This document shows, one piece after another, positions 35,400 through 44,176 of a stretch of 64,000 nt of DNA. The stretch comes from an uncultured virus (IMG/VR IMGVR_UViG_2648501751_000004). Lineage: Duplodnaviria; Heunggongvirae; Uroviricota; Caudoviricetes. Numbering within the stretch: position 1 is the first letter of the stretch; the number at the start of each line of letters is the position of its first letter. A model generated the notes under the pieces. The model saw only the letters and a list, made by a program, of their open reading frames with translations, made no database searches and was not told the origin of the DNA. The stretch is taken from IMG/VR virus record IMGVR_UViG_2648501751_000004; one strand, given 5' to 3'. The translations under genes were made by a program, and so were the position numbers.

Positions 35400-37294
35400 C
35401 CTACGCCCCGGAAACCGATCCGCTCTCCGTCGCACTAGACCTCGGCAGCCAGTACAGCCCGGTACTGGACCCGCTCGCGCTGGACTTCGATCTGGCCGAG
35501 TCGAGCGGCGGTTTCATCTATCGAAAGCCACCCCTGGCCGTGCCCCACGGCTACCTGAGCGCCCAGGCCAGTCAGCAGGCCAGCGACCGCCGGATTCAGG
35601 GGCACGCCCTCGCCAACCCCGAGGACGGCGCCGGCAGGCAGCACCGGAGCGAGCAGGCACGCGTTCTGGGCCTCGACGGCTACGCCAGCGGCTGGGATCG
35701 CGTACCACCAAGGGACAAGCGGCAAAACCCTTTCAGCGGCGACGAGGCCACCCCGCTCGATCTCAGGGCCGAACGTGCCCGCTGGGCCAAAGTGCCCGAG
35801 CGCGACGCCCCCGCCGGCTACGGCCGACAGGCGTGGGACGTTCAGACGCCGAAGGACCGGCGTGCCGATCAGGGCTTCAACGATCCGCGCGACCACAACG
35901 TCACCAGCACCGCCAGAGCTTACGATTCGATCCTGAACTGGCAGGTCCCGCCGCCGGAAGTGGTCAACCTGGAACATGACGAAACCCTGAATCTGGTGCG
36001 CTCTCCCTACACCCCGTCCGGGGCGCTGGTAGTCGATTTCGAGCTGGTACCGGAGGCCCTGCTGGTCGAGGTGAAACCCCCGACCCGATCCGTGGACAGT
36101 CAGCCCGACGTGCCCGGCTGGTCGCTTAAGGAAGCACTGGACGGGCGCACGATCCACCCGTGGGACAGAAAGCCCCGGCTCGGTACCGAGATCGAAATGC
36201 CAAGCGCGGTCATCCCGGACCCGCCAATCAACGAGCCGCCGCCCGCACCGGAAATCAAAAGGACCTACCGAATCATGAACAGCAGCAGCCTGCTCGAAGC
36301 CGTTACCGGTACGCCCCTGGAGTTTAAAGGCCTGACAATCGATCTGGACGCGGACAGCTTTGCATGGACCATGAGTTGCACCATCCTCAACCGAGCCAGC
36401 ATGGATCAGATCCGCCCCACCGTCGCCGGCCCTGCTGAGGTGATCGCGACCATCAACGGCCATGAGTGGCGGTTTGTCATCGAGCGATACAGCCTCAACA
36501 AGCAATTTGCCCGGGAGGCTTACACGGTCAAAGGGGTATCCCGTTCCCAGTTGCTGGCGGAGCCTTACGCGCCCAAGCGCACCGGCCGCATCGAGACCCA
36601 GACAACGATGATGCAAGCCATCGCCGACCAGCTCCAGTACACCGGCTTTACCGCACAGCTCCAGACCGGGCTCTATGATTACGTGATCCCGGCAGGCGCC
36701 TGGGGGTGGGAGGATAAAACCGCCATGCAGGTGATCACCGAACTGGCGGAGTCCATTGGCGCCGTGGTGGTGCCAGACCAGGAGCAGGACATCCTGCACA
36801 TCCGCCACCGGTACCGCCAAATCGGGCCCTGGAACTACGACACACTGACCGCCGGCGAGATCGACACCATCATCCAGGACGCCATGGTGATCAGTTACTC
36901 CGGCCAGTGGGAGCCGCAGCCGGAGTACAACTCGGTGTTTGTCAGCGGCGTCACCGACGGCGTCGCCATCGATGTCATCCGAACAAGCACCGCCGGAGAC
37001 AAGCCCGCCCCGGACATCTTTGCAGACCTCAACGTCGAGGCGGCACAGTGCCGGCTCCGTGGCCTGACCGCGATCGCCGCCAGCGGTAACCAGGAGATCG
37101 TGACCATCGAGACGGTATTGCCAACCAGCGGATCCCCTGGCCTCATTCAGCCAGCCATGCTGGCGGAGTACCGGGATTCAACAGAACCGGCCAACAATTG
37201 GCGCGGCAACGTCCTGGGCAACAGCATCAGCGTCAGCAACCCCGGTACTGGCCGCGTCACCCAGACCGTCAAACTTGAAAGGCACTATTACTGA
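35396..37294 (+). CDS. Tail tip/hub protein
   Basis: 632 aa; position; beta-rich C-terminal half. Confidence 0.7.
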   Translation: MTYAPETDPLSVALDLGSQYSPVLDPLALDFDLAESSGGFIYRKPPLAVPHGYLSAQASQQASDRRIQGHALANPEDGAGRQHRSEQARVLGLDGYASGWDRVPPRDKRQNPFSGDEATPLDLRAERARWAKVPERDAPAGYGRQAWDVQTPKDRRADQGFNDPRDHNVTSTARAYDSILNWQVPPPEVVNLEHDETLNLVRSPYTPSGALVVDFELVPEALLVEVKPPTRSVDSQPDVPGWSLKEALDGRTIHPWDRKPRLGTEIEMPSAVIPDPPINEPPPAPEIKRTYRIMNSSSLLEAVTGTPLEFKGLTIDLDADSFAWTMSCTILNRASMDQIRPTVAGPAEVIATINGHEWRFVIERYSLNKQFAREAYTVKGVSRSQLLAEPYAPKRTGRIETQTTMMQAIADQLQYTGFTAQLQTGLYDYVIPAGAWGWEDKTAMQVITELAESIGAVVVPDQEQDILHIRHRYRQIGPWNYDTLTAGEIDTIIQDAMVISYSGQWEPQPEYNSVFVSGVTDGVAIDVIRTSTAGDKPAPDIFADLNVEAAQCRLRGLTAIAASGNQEIVTIETVLPTSGSPGLIQPAMLAEYRDSTEPANNWRGNVLGNSISVSNPGTGRVTQTVKLERHYY

Positions 37295-37527
37295 TGGCAA
37301 CCGTTAACCCGTGGAAACGATTTCAGAGGCTGCTCCCGCGAGCCGGCCGATACACCGTCACCATCGACCAGGTAAACGCCGACGGCACAAGCCTGGCCAC
37401 CCGGCGGGACGGACAACGTGTAAGGCTGAAAGGTGGGCTGGTGTCGGCCGGAAAGAAGGCGTGGGTAGAGGGGGAGCAGATCATCGGCGAGGCACCGGAT
37501 CTGCCCAGCGCCACGCAGTATGTTTAA
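37294..37527 (+). CDS. Small conserved tail-associated protein
   Basis: MATVNPWKRFQRLLP; coupled. Confidence 0.75.
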   Translation: MATVNPWKRFQRLLPRAGRYTVTIDQVNADGTSLATRRDGQRVRLKGGLVSAGKKAWVEGEQIIGEAPDLPSATQYV

Positions 37528-38048
37528 CCCTTAGATAACACACCCTGAACTGCATCTGCATCCCAGCTGGCAGATCCATCCAGGGTCGGCATGGCTTCAG
37601 CTTTCAGCTCTTTGGCGATCTCATCCGGAGAAAGTCCGTCACCGCGGAGGCTTTTTATCAGATCTTTTATTGTCTCAGCCTGAGCGGAGCTGGCTTTTTT
37701 AGCGGGTTCCGGGCGCGGCTTAATGGGTGCCGGTGCTTTCGCTGGCGGAGCCTTTAGCTTATTTTCCTTGGCTTGCATGCTCACAAGCTCGCCGAGGTAT
37801 TCTGCGCTAAGCCTGGTGTTACTCTCGGAGTCCAGAAAAACCTGAATGATCTCCGCAACAGCTATAGACAAAATGACGAATGTAACCGCGCCAACGAACA
37901 TCCCCCCGGCAACGGCCGTGCTACCGTCATTCCATATCGTTACAATTGCAGAAACGACAAGAACAGCGCCTACCAAGTAACCAAAGGCTTTATACCAGGC
38001 AGCAATAATCCTTAGAGCCGGGTACTTTTCTTTATCTGAATTCGCCAT
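37524..38048 (-). CDS. Moron: two-TM membrane protein with C-terminal HTH-like segment
   Basis: KYPALRIIA; two hydrophobic helices; opposite strand, lower GC. Confidence 0.7.
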   Translation of the reverse strand: MANSDKEKYPALRIIAAWYKAFGYLVGAVLVVSAIVTIWNDGSTAVAGGMFVGAVTFVILSIAVAEIIQVFLDSESNTRLSAEYLGELVSMQAKENKLKAPPAKAPAPIKPRPEPAKKASSAQAETIKDLIKSLRGDGLSPDEIAKELKAEAMPTLDGSASWDADAVQGVLSKG

Positions 38049-38058
38049 AAATCATCCC

Positions 38059-38526
38059 TTAATACGTGCGGTAATATCCGCTCCAGTCTGAAACGCAACC
38101 GTGTTTGAAATAGACGTAGTTGGCAGAGCCACCTGGATAGTGGTAAGCCCACTGTATTGAGCTGCCACCTGTACGCACACTGCTGGGAGGTCCCCAGGAC
38201 CTGCGGACATCCGCCGGCTTCATACCCCGAGTGATCTTATTCTCGATCTGCAGGCGCCTCATCCGAGTGGAGTTGATATAAGGACATGGATCGCTGGTTG
38301 ATTCGCTGGCTCGCTTTTCTGGTTCGTAAAATTCTGCATCAGTACCAGTATCGAACCGGCCGCCGATAGCTGGGGCGGGCTGATGATCAAGCTTTTTAGC
38401 GTCTTCTCCGCAGGGCTCATCGGAGAACACGGCCTGACCATTGATCGTGCATTTATAGACTGCGGCGTTCGCCGCTGCTGGCATAGCCAACAGCATCGAT
38501 ATAGAAATGATGACTTCCTTGAGCAT
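38059..38526 (-). CDS. Moron: secreted DUF4124-like protein with SmpA/OmlA-like C-domain
   Basis: Signal peptide, AVYKCTINGQAVFSDEPC, GMKPADVRRSWGPP...W.Y...YVYFKHG.V. Confidence 0.75.
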   Translation of the reverse strand: MLKEVIISISMLLAMPAAANAAVYKCTINGQAVFSDEPCGEDAKKLDHQPAPAIGGRFDTGTDAEFYEPEKRASESTSDPCPYINSTRMRRLQIENKITRGMKPADVRRSWGPPSSVRTGGSSIQWAYHYPGGSANYVYFKHGCVSDWSGYYRTY

Positions 38527-38603
38527 ACTAACCTCCGTTCCGAACACCTTAGCTGAATCACCGGAAGGCGGTTGTTAAAAACTGCAAAATATAAGACAAA
38601 TAT

Positions 38604-38706
38604 TGTGGGCATACCCCGAAATTTAGGGGTGAATTTTGGAACCACTGTGGGCATTTTGTGGCCACACCATGAACATGGATGTGCATTTATAGGGGAATGT
38701 GGGCGA
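38604..38706. repeat. Putative integrase arm-type sites (TGTGGGC copies)
   Basis: TGTGGGC near 38605, 38646 and 38698; 16-mer at 38645-38660 identical to 27-42. Confidence 0.65.
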
Positions 38707-38753
38707 GGGCGTCCGGCATGACCTTAATTAAATCAGATAGTTATAATTGCTGG

Positions 38754-38803
38754 CAGCACTCATAATGCTGGGGTCGGCGGTTCGACTCCGCCCCTTGCTA
38801 CCA
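38754..38803 (+). pseudogene. attR: 3' half of an elongator-type tRNA-Met(CAT)
   Basis: CAGCA-CTCATAA-TGCTG, GGCGG-TTCGACT-CCGCC, CCTTGCT-ACCA; no 5' acceptor strand or D arm upstream. Confidence 0.85.
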
Positions 38804-38811
38804 GTATTCTG

Positions 38812-38844
38812 AAAAGCCCGACTCGAAAGAGCCGGGCTTTTTTG
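38812..38844 (+). terminator. Host tRNA intrinsic terminator
   Basis: AAAAGCCCG-ACTCGAAAGAGC-CGGGCTTTTTT. Confidence 0.85.
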
Positions 38845-38978
38845 TTGCTGAATCAATCCCGAAAAGTCCACCAAGTCTTCACTGCTTTTGATTCACCCTC
38901 CGGCACACCCAATTAACGTTACCAGCCCTGCTCCGGTTCCACCAGGTATGGCATACTCAATAGCCGAAACCCACAAAG

Positions 38979-39025
38979 TGTAAACGCGCGCCGGATTTGG
39001 CACCGAGTGGCGCCGGACTTGGCAC
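38979..39025. repeat. Mu-type end: TG plus two putative transposase-binding repeats
   Basis: GCGCCGGATTTGGCAC (38988) and GCGCCGGACTTGGCAC (39010), 22-bp period. Confidence 0.75.
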
Positions 39026-39042
39026 ACGCAAACCACGGTAAA

Positions 39043-39849
39043 TCACCGCTCAAATAGACCAGCCTGCCCCCTCGGGACCGGAGCCTTTTCCCAGCTTCCG
39101 TAAATGAGCTCAACGCAGCTTGAGGGCTTGTCTGAACCACCCACAGTGTACTGATAATCGACCTCTACAACGTGAAGGCCACTGAAGGCCGATCTGACAT
39201 CAGGATGGTCGTTGATGCTTATGATCATCTCACCATCGATTGACTTGGCGAGAGACGCCATAGACTCATATTCCTCGAACCCAAAAGGAACTCCGTATCC
39301 TTCGGTTTGCCAGTATGGTGGGTCTAGGTAAAACAGAGTGCCGGGGCGGTCGTACTTCTGGATTATCTTTTTCCAGTCGAGGTGCTCGATCGTTGTGCCC
39401 GAAAGCCGATAGTGGGCCTCGGCCAGGTCATGCTCAAGTGTGTAGATGTTCCACCGAGGACGGCTGGTGGCGCTTGTTCCAAAGCACTGACCATCGACCT
39501 TGCCACCGAACGCCTGCTTTTGCAGGTATAGGAAGCGCGCAGCCCGCTGGACGTCCGTCATGGTCTCAGGCGGGGTCTGGCTCATCCACTCCCAGTGCTG
39601 CCGACTCGATAGCAGCCACTTGAACTGTTTGTACAGCTCCTCCAGGTGGTACTTGACCACGCGGTAAAGGTTAACCAAGTCGCCATTCACATCATTCAAG
39701 ATCTCGACCTTGGAAGGATCCTTCATGAAAAACAGTGCAGCTGCGCCGCAGAATGGTTCTACGTAGCAGCTGTGGTCTGGGAACAGCGGGATAATGTGAT
39801 CAGCGAGTTTTCGTTTGCCGCCGATCCAGGGTACGAGAGGTTTTGCCAT
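39043..39849 (-). CDS. DNA adenine methyltransferase (D12/Dam class) in the mom position
   Basis: PWIGGKRKL, YVEPFCGAAA, LNDVN, FYLDPPY. Confidence 0.93.
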   Translation of the reverse strand: MAKPLVPWIGGKRKLADHIIPLFPDHSCYVEPFCGAAALFFMKDPSKVEILNDVNGDLVNLYRVVKYHLEELYKQFKWLLSSRQHWEWMSQTPPETMTDVQRAARFLYLQKQAFGGKVDGQCFGTSATSRPRWNIYTLEHDLAEAHYRLSGTTIEHLDWKKIIQKYDRPGTLFYLDPPYWQTEGYGVPFGFEEYESMASLAKSIDGEMIISINDHPDVRSAFSGLHVVEVDYQYTVGGSDKPSSCVELIYGSWEKAPVPRGQAGLFER

Positions 39850-39988
39850 GGGAGTACTTCACATCCTTTTCCATGGGACTCGCGGTCCTCTCGTTGATTT
39901 TCCCGCAGCGCGGGCATTTGATTTCTAGTTGTTCAAACAAACCCTTAGCGAGCAGCCTGTTGCAACTACCACAACGGATGTTATGCAT
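39800..39988 (-). CDS. com: Com-family zinc-finger translational regulator
   Basis: IRCGSCNRLLAK...IKCPRCGKIN; overlaps methylase start. Confidence 0.9.
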   Translation of the reverse strand: MHNIRCGSCNRLLAKGLFEQLEIKCPRCGKINERTASPMEKDVKYSHGKTSRTLDRRQTKTR

Positions 39989-40007
39989 GTGAACCTACCT
40001 TGTTTCT

Positions 40008-40125
40008 GGTAGGCTTTCTCGCGCCGTGACGTCGCGGTGAGAAAGCCTTGGCTGGTTCACAGCGCCTAGCTCGCTGTGTTCTGGTGGCCCTCTAGCGTGG
40101 CAGCGCTATTGGGTCGCTTTCTCTT
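40008..40125. ncRNA. Structured RNA element upstream of com
   Basis: Three consecutive hairpins 40011-40048, 40058-40078, 40084-40117. Confidence 0.45.
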
Positions 40126-40135
40126 TTCTTCAAAA

Positions 40136-40561
40136 TTAATCGATGGCTTCCAGCAGTGGAGACAATAGGATGTCGCGGGGGGTGACCCTCCATACCTTGT
40201 CGAAACGGAGCAACGGATGCCCGGCCTGTTGGAAAGCCCAGGCAATCAGCTCAGAACAAAACCAGGAGTCTTGCTCCTGCCAGTTACGGCGAAAGCCCCA
40301 TCCAAAGATGCCGGGCCAGTCGTAGGGCCGGCCAATCTGGCTGCGGGCGGCCTCAACAACCTCAGCAGGCGCAGCCACCTGGAAGCGAACAGACGCCTTA
40401 ACCGGCTCGGGATCTCGCACGGAGACACCGAAACGGGCCGTGGCGCCCAGCAGCCGGCCATCGTCCAGAACCAGGTCCACATGGCTGAACGGCGACCAGG
40501 TGGCCCAGCGGATCACCCGGTTGCCGATGCCTTTGGTGGTGGAGAATTGCAGGGTGATCAT
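40136..40561 (-). CDS. YiiX/YebB-like permuted papain-like NlpC/P60 enzyme
   Basis: SPFSHVDL, QIGRPYDW, WFCSELIA, VTP. Confidence 0.85.
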   Translation of the reverse strand: MITLQFSTTKGIGNRVIRWATWSPFSHVDLVLDDGRLLGATARFGVSVRDPEPVKASVRFQVAAPAEVVEAARSQIGRPYDWPGIFGWGFRRNWQEQDSWFCSELIAWAFQQAGHPLLRFDKVWRVTPRDILLSPLLEAID

Positions 40562-41136
40562 GGTTTCAGGGCTTCTAGCTGGTCTATATAAGGCTGGGCG
40601 ACCACCTCCATGTCATGTGCGGATGACTGGTCGGTGGCCGCGTCGACAGCGGCTTTCCCAGATAGGCGGATCTGGCGGATGTTACTGAGAACTTGTGTCC
40701 AGGCTGCGGCAGTAGCTTCGATGTTCTGGGCCGATTCCTCTGCAGAAATACCTGCAGCGTCTGCCCACACCTGAATATCTGCCGGCACCGAATTTGCCGG
40801 ACTGCCGGCCGCACGCCACTCTTTTGTGGCCTCCAGCGCCTGGCGATATTCCTGCTCCACCAGTTGGCCATCACTTACGTAGCGTTGGCGGGCTTGTCCC
40901 GCAGCCCGGTCGATGGCTTGCTTGGCTGATTTTCGCCGATCGGCCAAAACGGGTATCGGCTTCGACTCCAAGTACGGCCTGCCATCTGAATCAACCTTTA
41001 TCGTGCTTCCGTCCGCCTGCCCGTTGATCAATGTAGCGTGATCTTCATATGAAATCTCGACAACGTCGGCAGGCAGGTTGTCGTGAATGGCGTCATCGAA
41101 AAATCCACCGGCAGTCTTGCTAAAGTAAAGTGCCAT
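40558..41136 (-). CDS. Tail fibre assembly chaperone-like protein
   Basis: YFSKTAGGFFDDAIHDNLPADVVEIS; follows tail fibre. Confidence 0.75.
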   Translation of the reverse strand: MALYFSKTAGGFFDDAIHDNLPADVVEISYEDHATLINGQADGSTIKVDSDGRPYLESKPIPVLADRRKSAKQAIDRAAGQARQRYVSDGQLVEQEYRQALEATKEWRAAGSPANSVPADIQVWADAAGISAEESAQNIEATAAAWTQVLSNIRQIRLSGKAAVDAATDQSSAHDMEVVAQPYIDQLEALKP

Positions 41137-41145
41137 ATACGACTC

Positions 41146-42093
41146 CTAGTATCCGAAAGCGAAGTATTGAGCAGCCATCCCTGCCTGCTTGGAAGGGCCT
41201 GTAGGGTCGAGCCTGCGTCCCGCGCCTCGAATTTCCGTCAAAGTGCTATTACCGTTGGTTCCGTAAACAGTCGCGGTGTCCGTGTCCCAAAGTCCTCCAG
41301 TAGCTGAATCCGCATTTGCCTCAGTTAATACTGCGCCCAAGAACGCGTTTGGGAAGGCGATCGGAAAGAAAGCTGCTATGAAGCCCTGACTATCGGTAGC
41401 TGCTTTACCCCATTGAATGATCAGACCACCTGGAAGCCTCTGATAACCACTGTCCGCCAGATTCTGGTTCCCGCCTTTAAATGCTGCCAACAAAGCTGCG
41501 CCATCGATCAACCGTCCGGCGTCGAAGGCCTGAGCCTCGGCATCCGTCGCCACCAACACCGGCGCAGTCCAGTCGGTCACACCGTCCGCAATGAGCACTA
41601 AGCGCCGGGAAACGGTCAGGGACAGGCTGGCAGCACCCTCGATGGTGTCCGGGTTCGTGCCGTCCGGGGTCACCGTCACGGCGTTGGCGCTGCTGTCGGT
41701 GCGGGCGATTGTGTAGCCCAGGCCCTTATTGCCAGCAGAGGCCGGCAAATTCAGTGTCACATCGCCTGCACTAGCATCCACCAGCACCAGCCCGGCCTCG
41801 GCCACGGTCAGGGACTTCGGCGAGTCCGCACTGGTAACGGTCGTAACACCACGGGCAGAAAGCCGACTTACAGCTTCGACCACCTGTTGCAAGTCCGTGT
41901 GATCCGGTTGCTGGCCTGATTTCGAGACCAAGGCCACCAGGCTCTCCAGAATCATGTGGTACCAGTAAGCACCCGGAATTGTCGCGGGGATACCCTGCGC
42001 GGGGTTGCCATCGGTCGGATAACCTGCACTGGGCGTTTGTGGAGCCTGCGGCGCCGACTGCGTTGCATTGCGCTCATAAACTCTATCGACCAT
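41146..42093 (-). CDS. Tail fibre protein
   Basis: GYPTDGNP...ATIPGAYWY; SGYQRLPGGLIIQWG...FPIAFPN. Confidence 0.85.
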   Translation of the reverse strand: MVDRVYERNATQSAPQAPQTPSAGYPTDGNPAQGIPATIPGAYWYHMILESLVALVSKSGQQPDHTDLQQVVEAVSRLSARGVTTVTSADSPKSLTVAEAGLVLVDASAGDVTLNLPASAGNKGLGYTIARTDSSANAVTVTPDGTNPDTIEGAASLSLTVSRRLVLIADGVTDWTAPVLVATDAEAQAFDAGRLIDGAALLAAFKGGNQNLADSGYQRLPGGLIIQWGKAATDSQGFIAAFFPIAFPNAFLGAVLTEANADSATGGLWDTDTATVYGTNGNSTLTEIRGAGRRLDPTGPSKQAGMAAQYFAFGY

Positions 42094-42680
42094 CAGTCCT
42101 CTCCATAAGCAAATAGAACACGGGTATGCGCCGGCTTCAGGCGCTCAATAACACACTCCAAGCGGTCGTTGCCCCACGTGGCAAGGGCCTCGCCGACGTT
42201 GCCGATGACGGAGTGATAGATCACGGTTTCCTCGGCGCTGCGCACGGTGAAAGCCCATCGCCAGGCGATGCCATAGATCGGCTTGTCAACCGGGTCGCCA
42301 ACGGTATGCGCGGTGTAGTCTTCCACCGCAACGGCGTAACCGAGATCCGCCGCCAGTTCCTGAAAGTACTTGCGGCTGGCACCGCCGGTACTCGTGAACA
42401 CTCGCAACAGGGCCGCTCGACGCTCTGCGATGGTCTGCTCACGGTCGACACAAGGATCAGGCAAGCCGGCCACTCGCTCCCAGTCGCTGAGCAGCTCATA
42501 GGCGGTACGCGGATCCGCCTCGTTGATCAGCACATCCGCCCGACCGTCCAATCGTTCGAACGCGCCAGCCCGAGCAGCCAGAAGTTGCTGCCAAAGGCTC
42601 TCGGGCGCTTGCGGCAGAGCTGCCCCGGGCGGAGCCAGCTGATTCATCAGGTCTTTATACTGGTCACGGCTTAAAGCCAT
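42093..42680 (-). CDS. Baseplate protein (Mu gp48/YmfQ-like)
   Basis: EADPRTAYELLSDWERVAGLPD, LECVIERLKPAHT. Confidence 0.9.
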   Translation of the reverse strand: MALSRDQYKDLMNQLAPPGAALPQAPESLWQQLLAARAGAFERLDGRADVLINEADPRTAYELLSDWERVAGLPDPCVDREQTIAERRAALLRVFTSTGGASRKYFQELAADLGYAVAVEDYTAHTVGDPVDKPIYGIAWRWAFTVRSAEETVIYHSVIGNVGEALATWGNDRLECVIERLKPAHTRVLFAYGED

Positions 42681-43732
42681 GTCGGTGTCCCCAGAACGGC
42701 GATTTCGTTAATGGCATGCACCACATCCGTGTCAGGCATCACCAGTTCATGGCGGCTGTCTCCGGCGGCTACGTAGATGACACCGGATAGCTGCTCTCGA
42801 TATAGAGTGCCACCAGGCTTGGCCACATCGGTCAGAAAGTCCTTGAGTGCGGCACTTACCCGATCGCGGGCTTGCTGGGTGTCAGGCGTTAGACGGATGC
42901 TCGGATCTAACGGTTTGGCCACTGGTTTAACAGCATAAAACCCTCTGGCGGCCACCGGACGCTCCCCATCGATGTAGGTCTCGACCGCCTGTATGACGGC
43001 ATCGGTGGGAATAATGTTGGCCAGTTCGTCGCACACCAGGCGCAGGGACACCTCCCCTTCGTCCGGTTGATGCGGGTAAACCCAGGCCCGGGTCACATCC
43101 GGATGCGCCTCGAGGGCCCAGCCAATGTAATCCGCCTCGCTGCCCCCATGGGGCTGCCGGCGAATCCGCTCCAGCAGTCGCTCCCGGAGCCGCTCAATGT
43201 CCTCTTGATCGGCGCCGCCAGTGAGCCCCTCTGTATCTACTGTGGCCTCAGCATTCACGCCGCTTACCGGTTCCACAAAACGCAGCGTGGCGCCGGCATC
43301 CAGATTGCCGGAGGCACCAGGCTCTACAGCCGTGAGTTGCGCCACCGCATTGCCCTGAGCATCCAGAGTCACGGTGTCGTCCACCGTGTAGACCGCACCG
43401 CTGTCATGCTCAAGCTCTGTATCCTGCAACACCTGCGCGCCGGAGGTGCCGGTCAACAGCACCGGGCCAGTGGCAGACACCGCCTCTTCCCGCTCGATCC
43501 GCCAGATGCCTGCCCAGCGTTCCAGGTACTCCGCATCCGCAGTGTCGATCATCAGTTGCTTGGCCAGCCACGCCAGATAGCCATAAAGGCCATGAGCCAC
43601 ACCGGCATCCACATCGGCAATCACCCGCAGTAGCGACCGGCGCAACTCCGGACGTGCCGACGACACCCGACCCCGGATATCGGCCCGGACGCCTTCGGCC
43701 AGTTCGGTTAAGCTCGGCGAGTTCCAGGGCAT
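42671..43732 (-). CDS. Baseplate J-like protein (Mu gp47)
   Basis: GGADQEDIERLRERLL...PHGGSEADY..WA. Confidence 0.92.
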   Translation of the reverse strand: MPWNSPSLTELAEGVRADIRGRVSSARPELRRSLLRVIADVDAGVAHGLYGYLAWLAKQLMIDTADAEYLERWAGIWRIEREEAVSATGPVLLTGTSGAQVLQDTELEHDSGAVYTVDDTVTLDAQGNAVAQLTAVEPGASGNLDAGATLRFVEPVSGVNAEATVDTEGLTGGADQEDIERLRERLLERIRRQPHGGSEADYIGWALEAHPDVTRAWVYPHQPDEGEVSLRLVCDELANIIPTDAVIQAVETYIDGERPVAARGFYAVKPVAKPLDPSIRLTPDTQQARDRVSAALKDFLTDVAKPGGTLYREQLSGVIYVAAGDSRHELVMPDTDVVHAINEIAVLGTPTWL

Positions 43733-43735
43733 CGA

Positions 43736-44176
43736 TTACCTCCACACATAGTCAAATTGTTGCGCCAGGCGCGTGCCGTCACCACGGATCACAGCCACGT
43801 CGATCAGCAGCCGGTCACCACCCACCGTGCGCGCTTCCACTTCGATATCGGTGGCCACGCGGTCATCCAGCAACCATTGCAGCGCCTCCCGGGCGTAGCC
43901 CTCGGCACGCCGGCGAACTTCCTCCAGATCCTTCTCGCGGCTCAGCAGCCAGAGGCGCGAGCCAAACTGGTCACCCTGCCGATCGGCCAGGGCGTCGGCC
44001 CACCAGCCACGCCGGTCGGTGGTGCCGTCTGGCAAGGCGTCGTCCGCACGGGCGCGGCGATCGCTCAGGAGTGACAGCGCCACGGCCGTGCGCATGCCAT
44101 CGTCAGCCAGTAGGTCGCCGTTGGTACCAAGAGACACGTCCAGCTCCCCATTGAGTCCCTTTAGGCGCACATCCAT
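43736..44176 (-). CDS. Baseplate protein (Mu gp46)
   Basis: SLLSDRRA...RGWWAD...GSRLWLL.REK. Confidence 0.92.
   Translation of the reverse strand: MDVRLKGLNGELDVSLGTNGDLLADDGMRTAVALSLLSDRRARADDALPDGTTDRRGWWADALADRQGDQFGSRLWLLSREKDLEEVRRRAEGYAREALQWLLDDRVATDIEVEARTVGGDRLLIDVAVIRGDGTRLAQQFDYVWR

Larger units (their letters stand above)
1..38803. mobile_element. Lambdoid (HK97-like head, siphovirus tail) prophage integrated in a tRNA-Met gene; attL presumably just left of the window
   Basis: Full module order integrase-early-immunity-replication-lysis-head-tail; ends at a 3' tRNA fragment; identical 16-mer at 27-42 and 38645-38660. Confidence 0.93.

Noticed and set aside
30859..37294. Diversity-generating retroelement acting on tail genes
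   Set aside because: No reverse transcriptase ORF and no template/variable repeat pair seen.
38720..38803. Complete tRNA-Met gene
   Set aside because: No 5' strand complementary to CCTTGCT and no D arm upstream; it is a 3' fragment (attR).
40136..42093. Mu G-segment-type invertible tail fibre cassette
   Set aside because: No invertase gene, no second inverted fibre gene and no flanking inverted repeats found.
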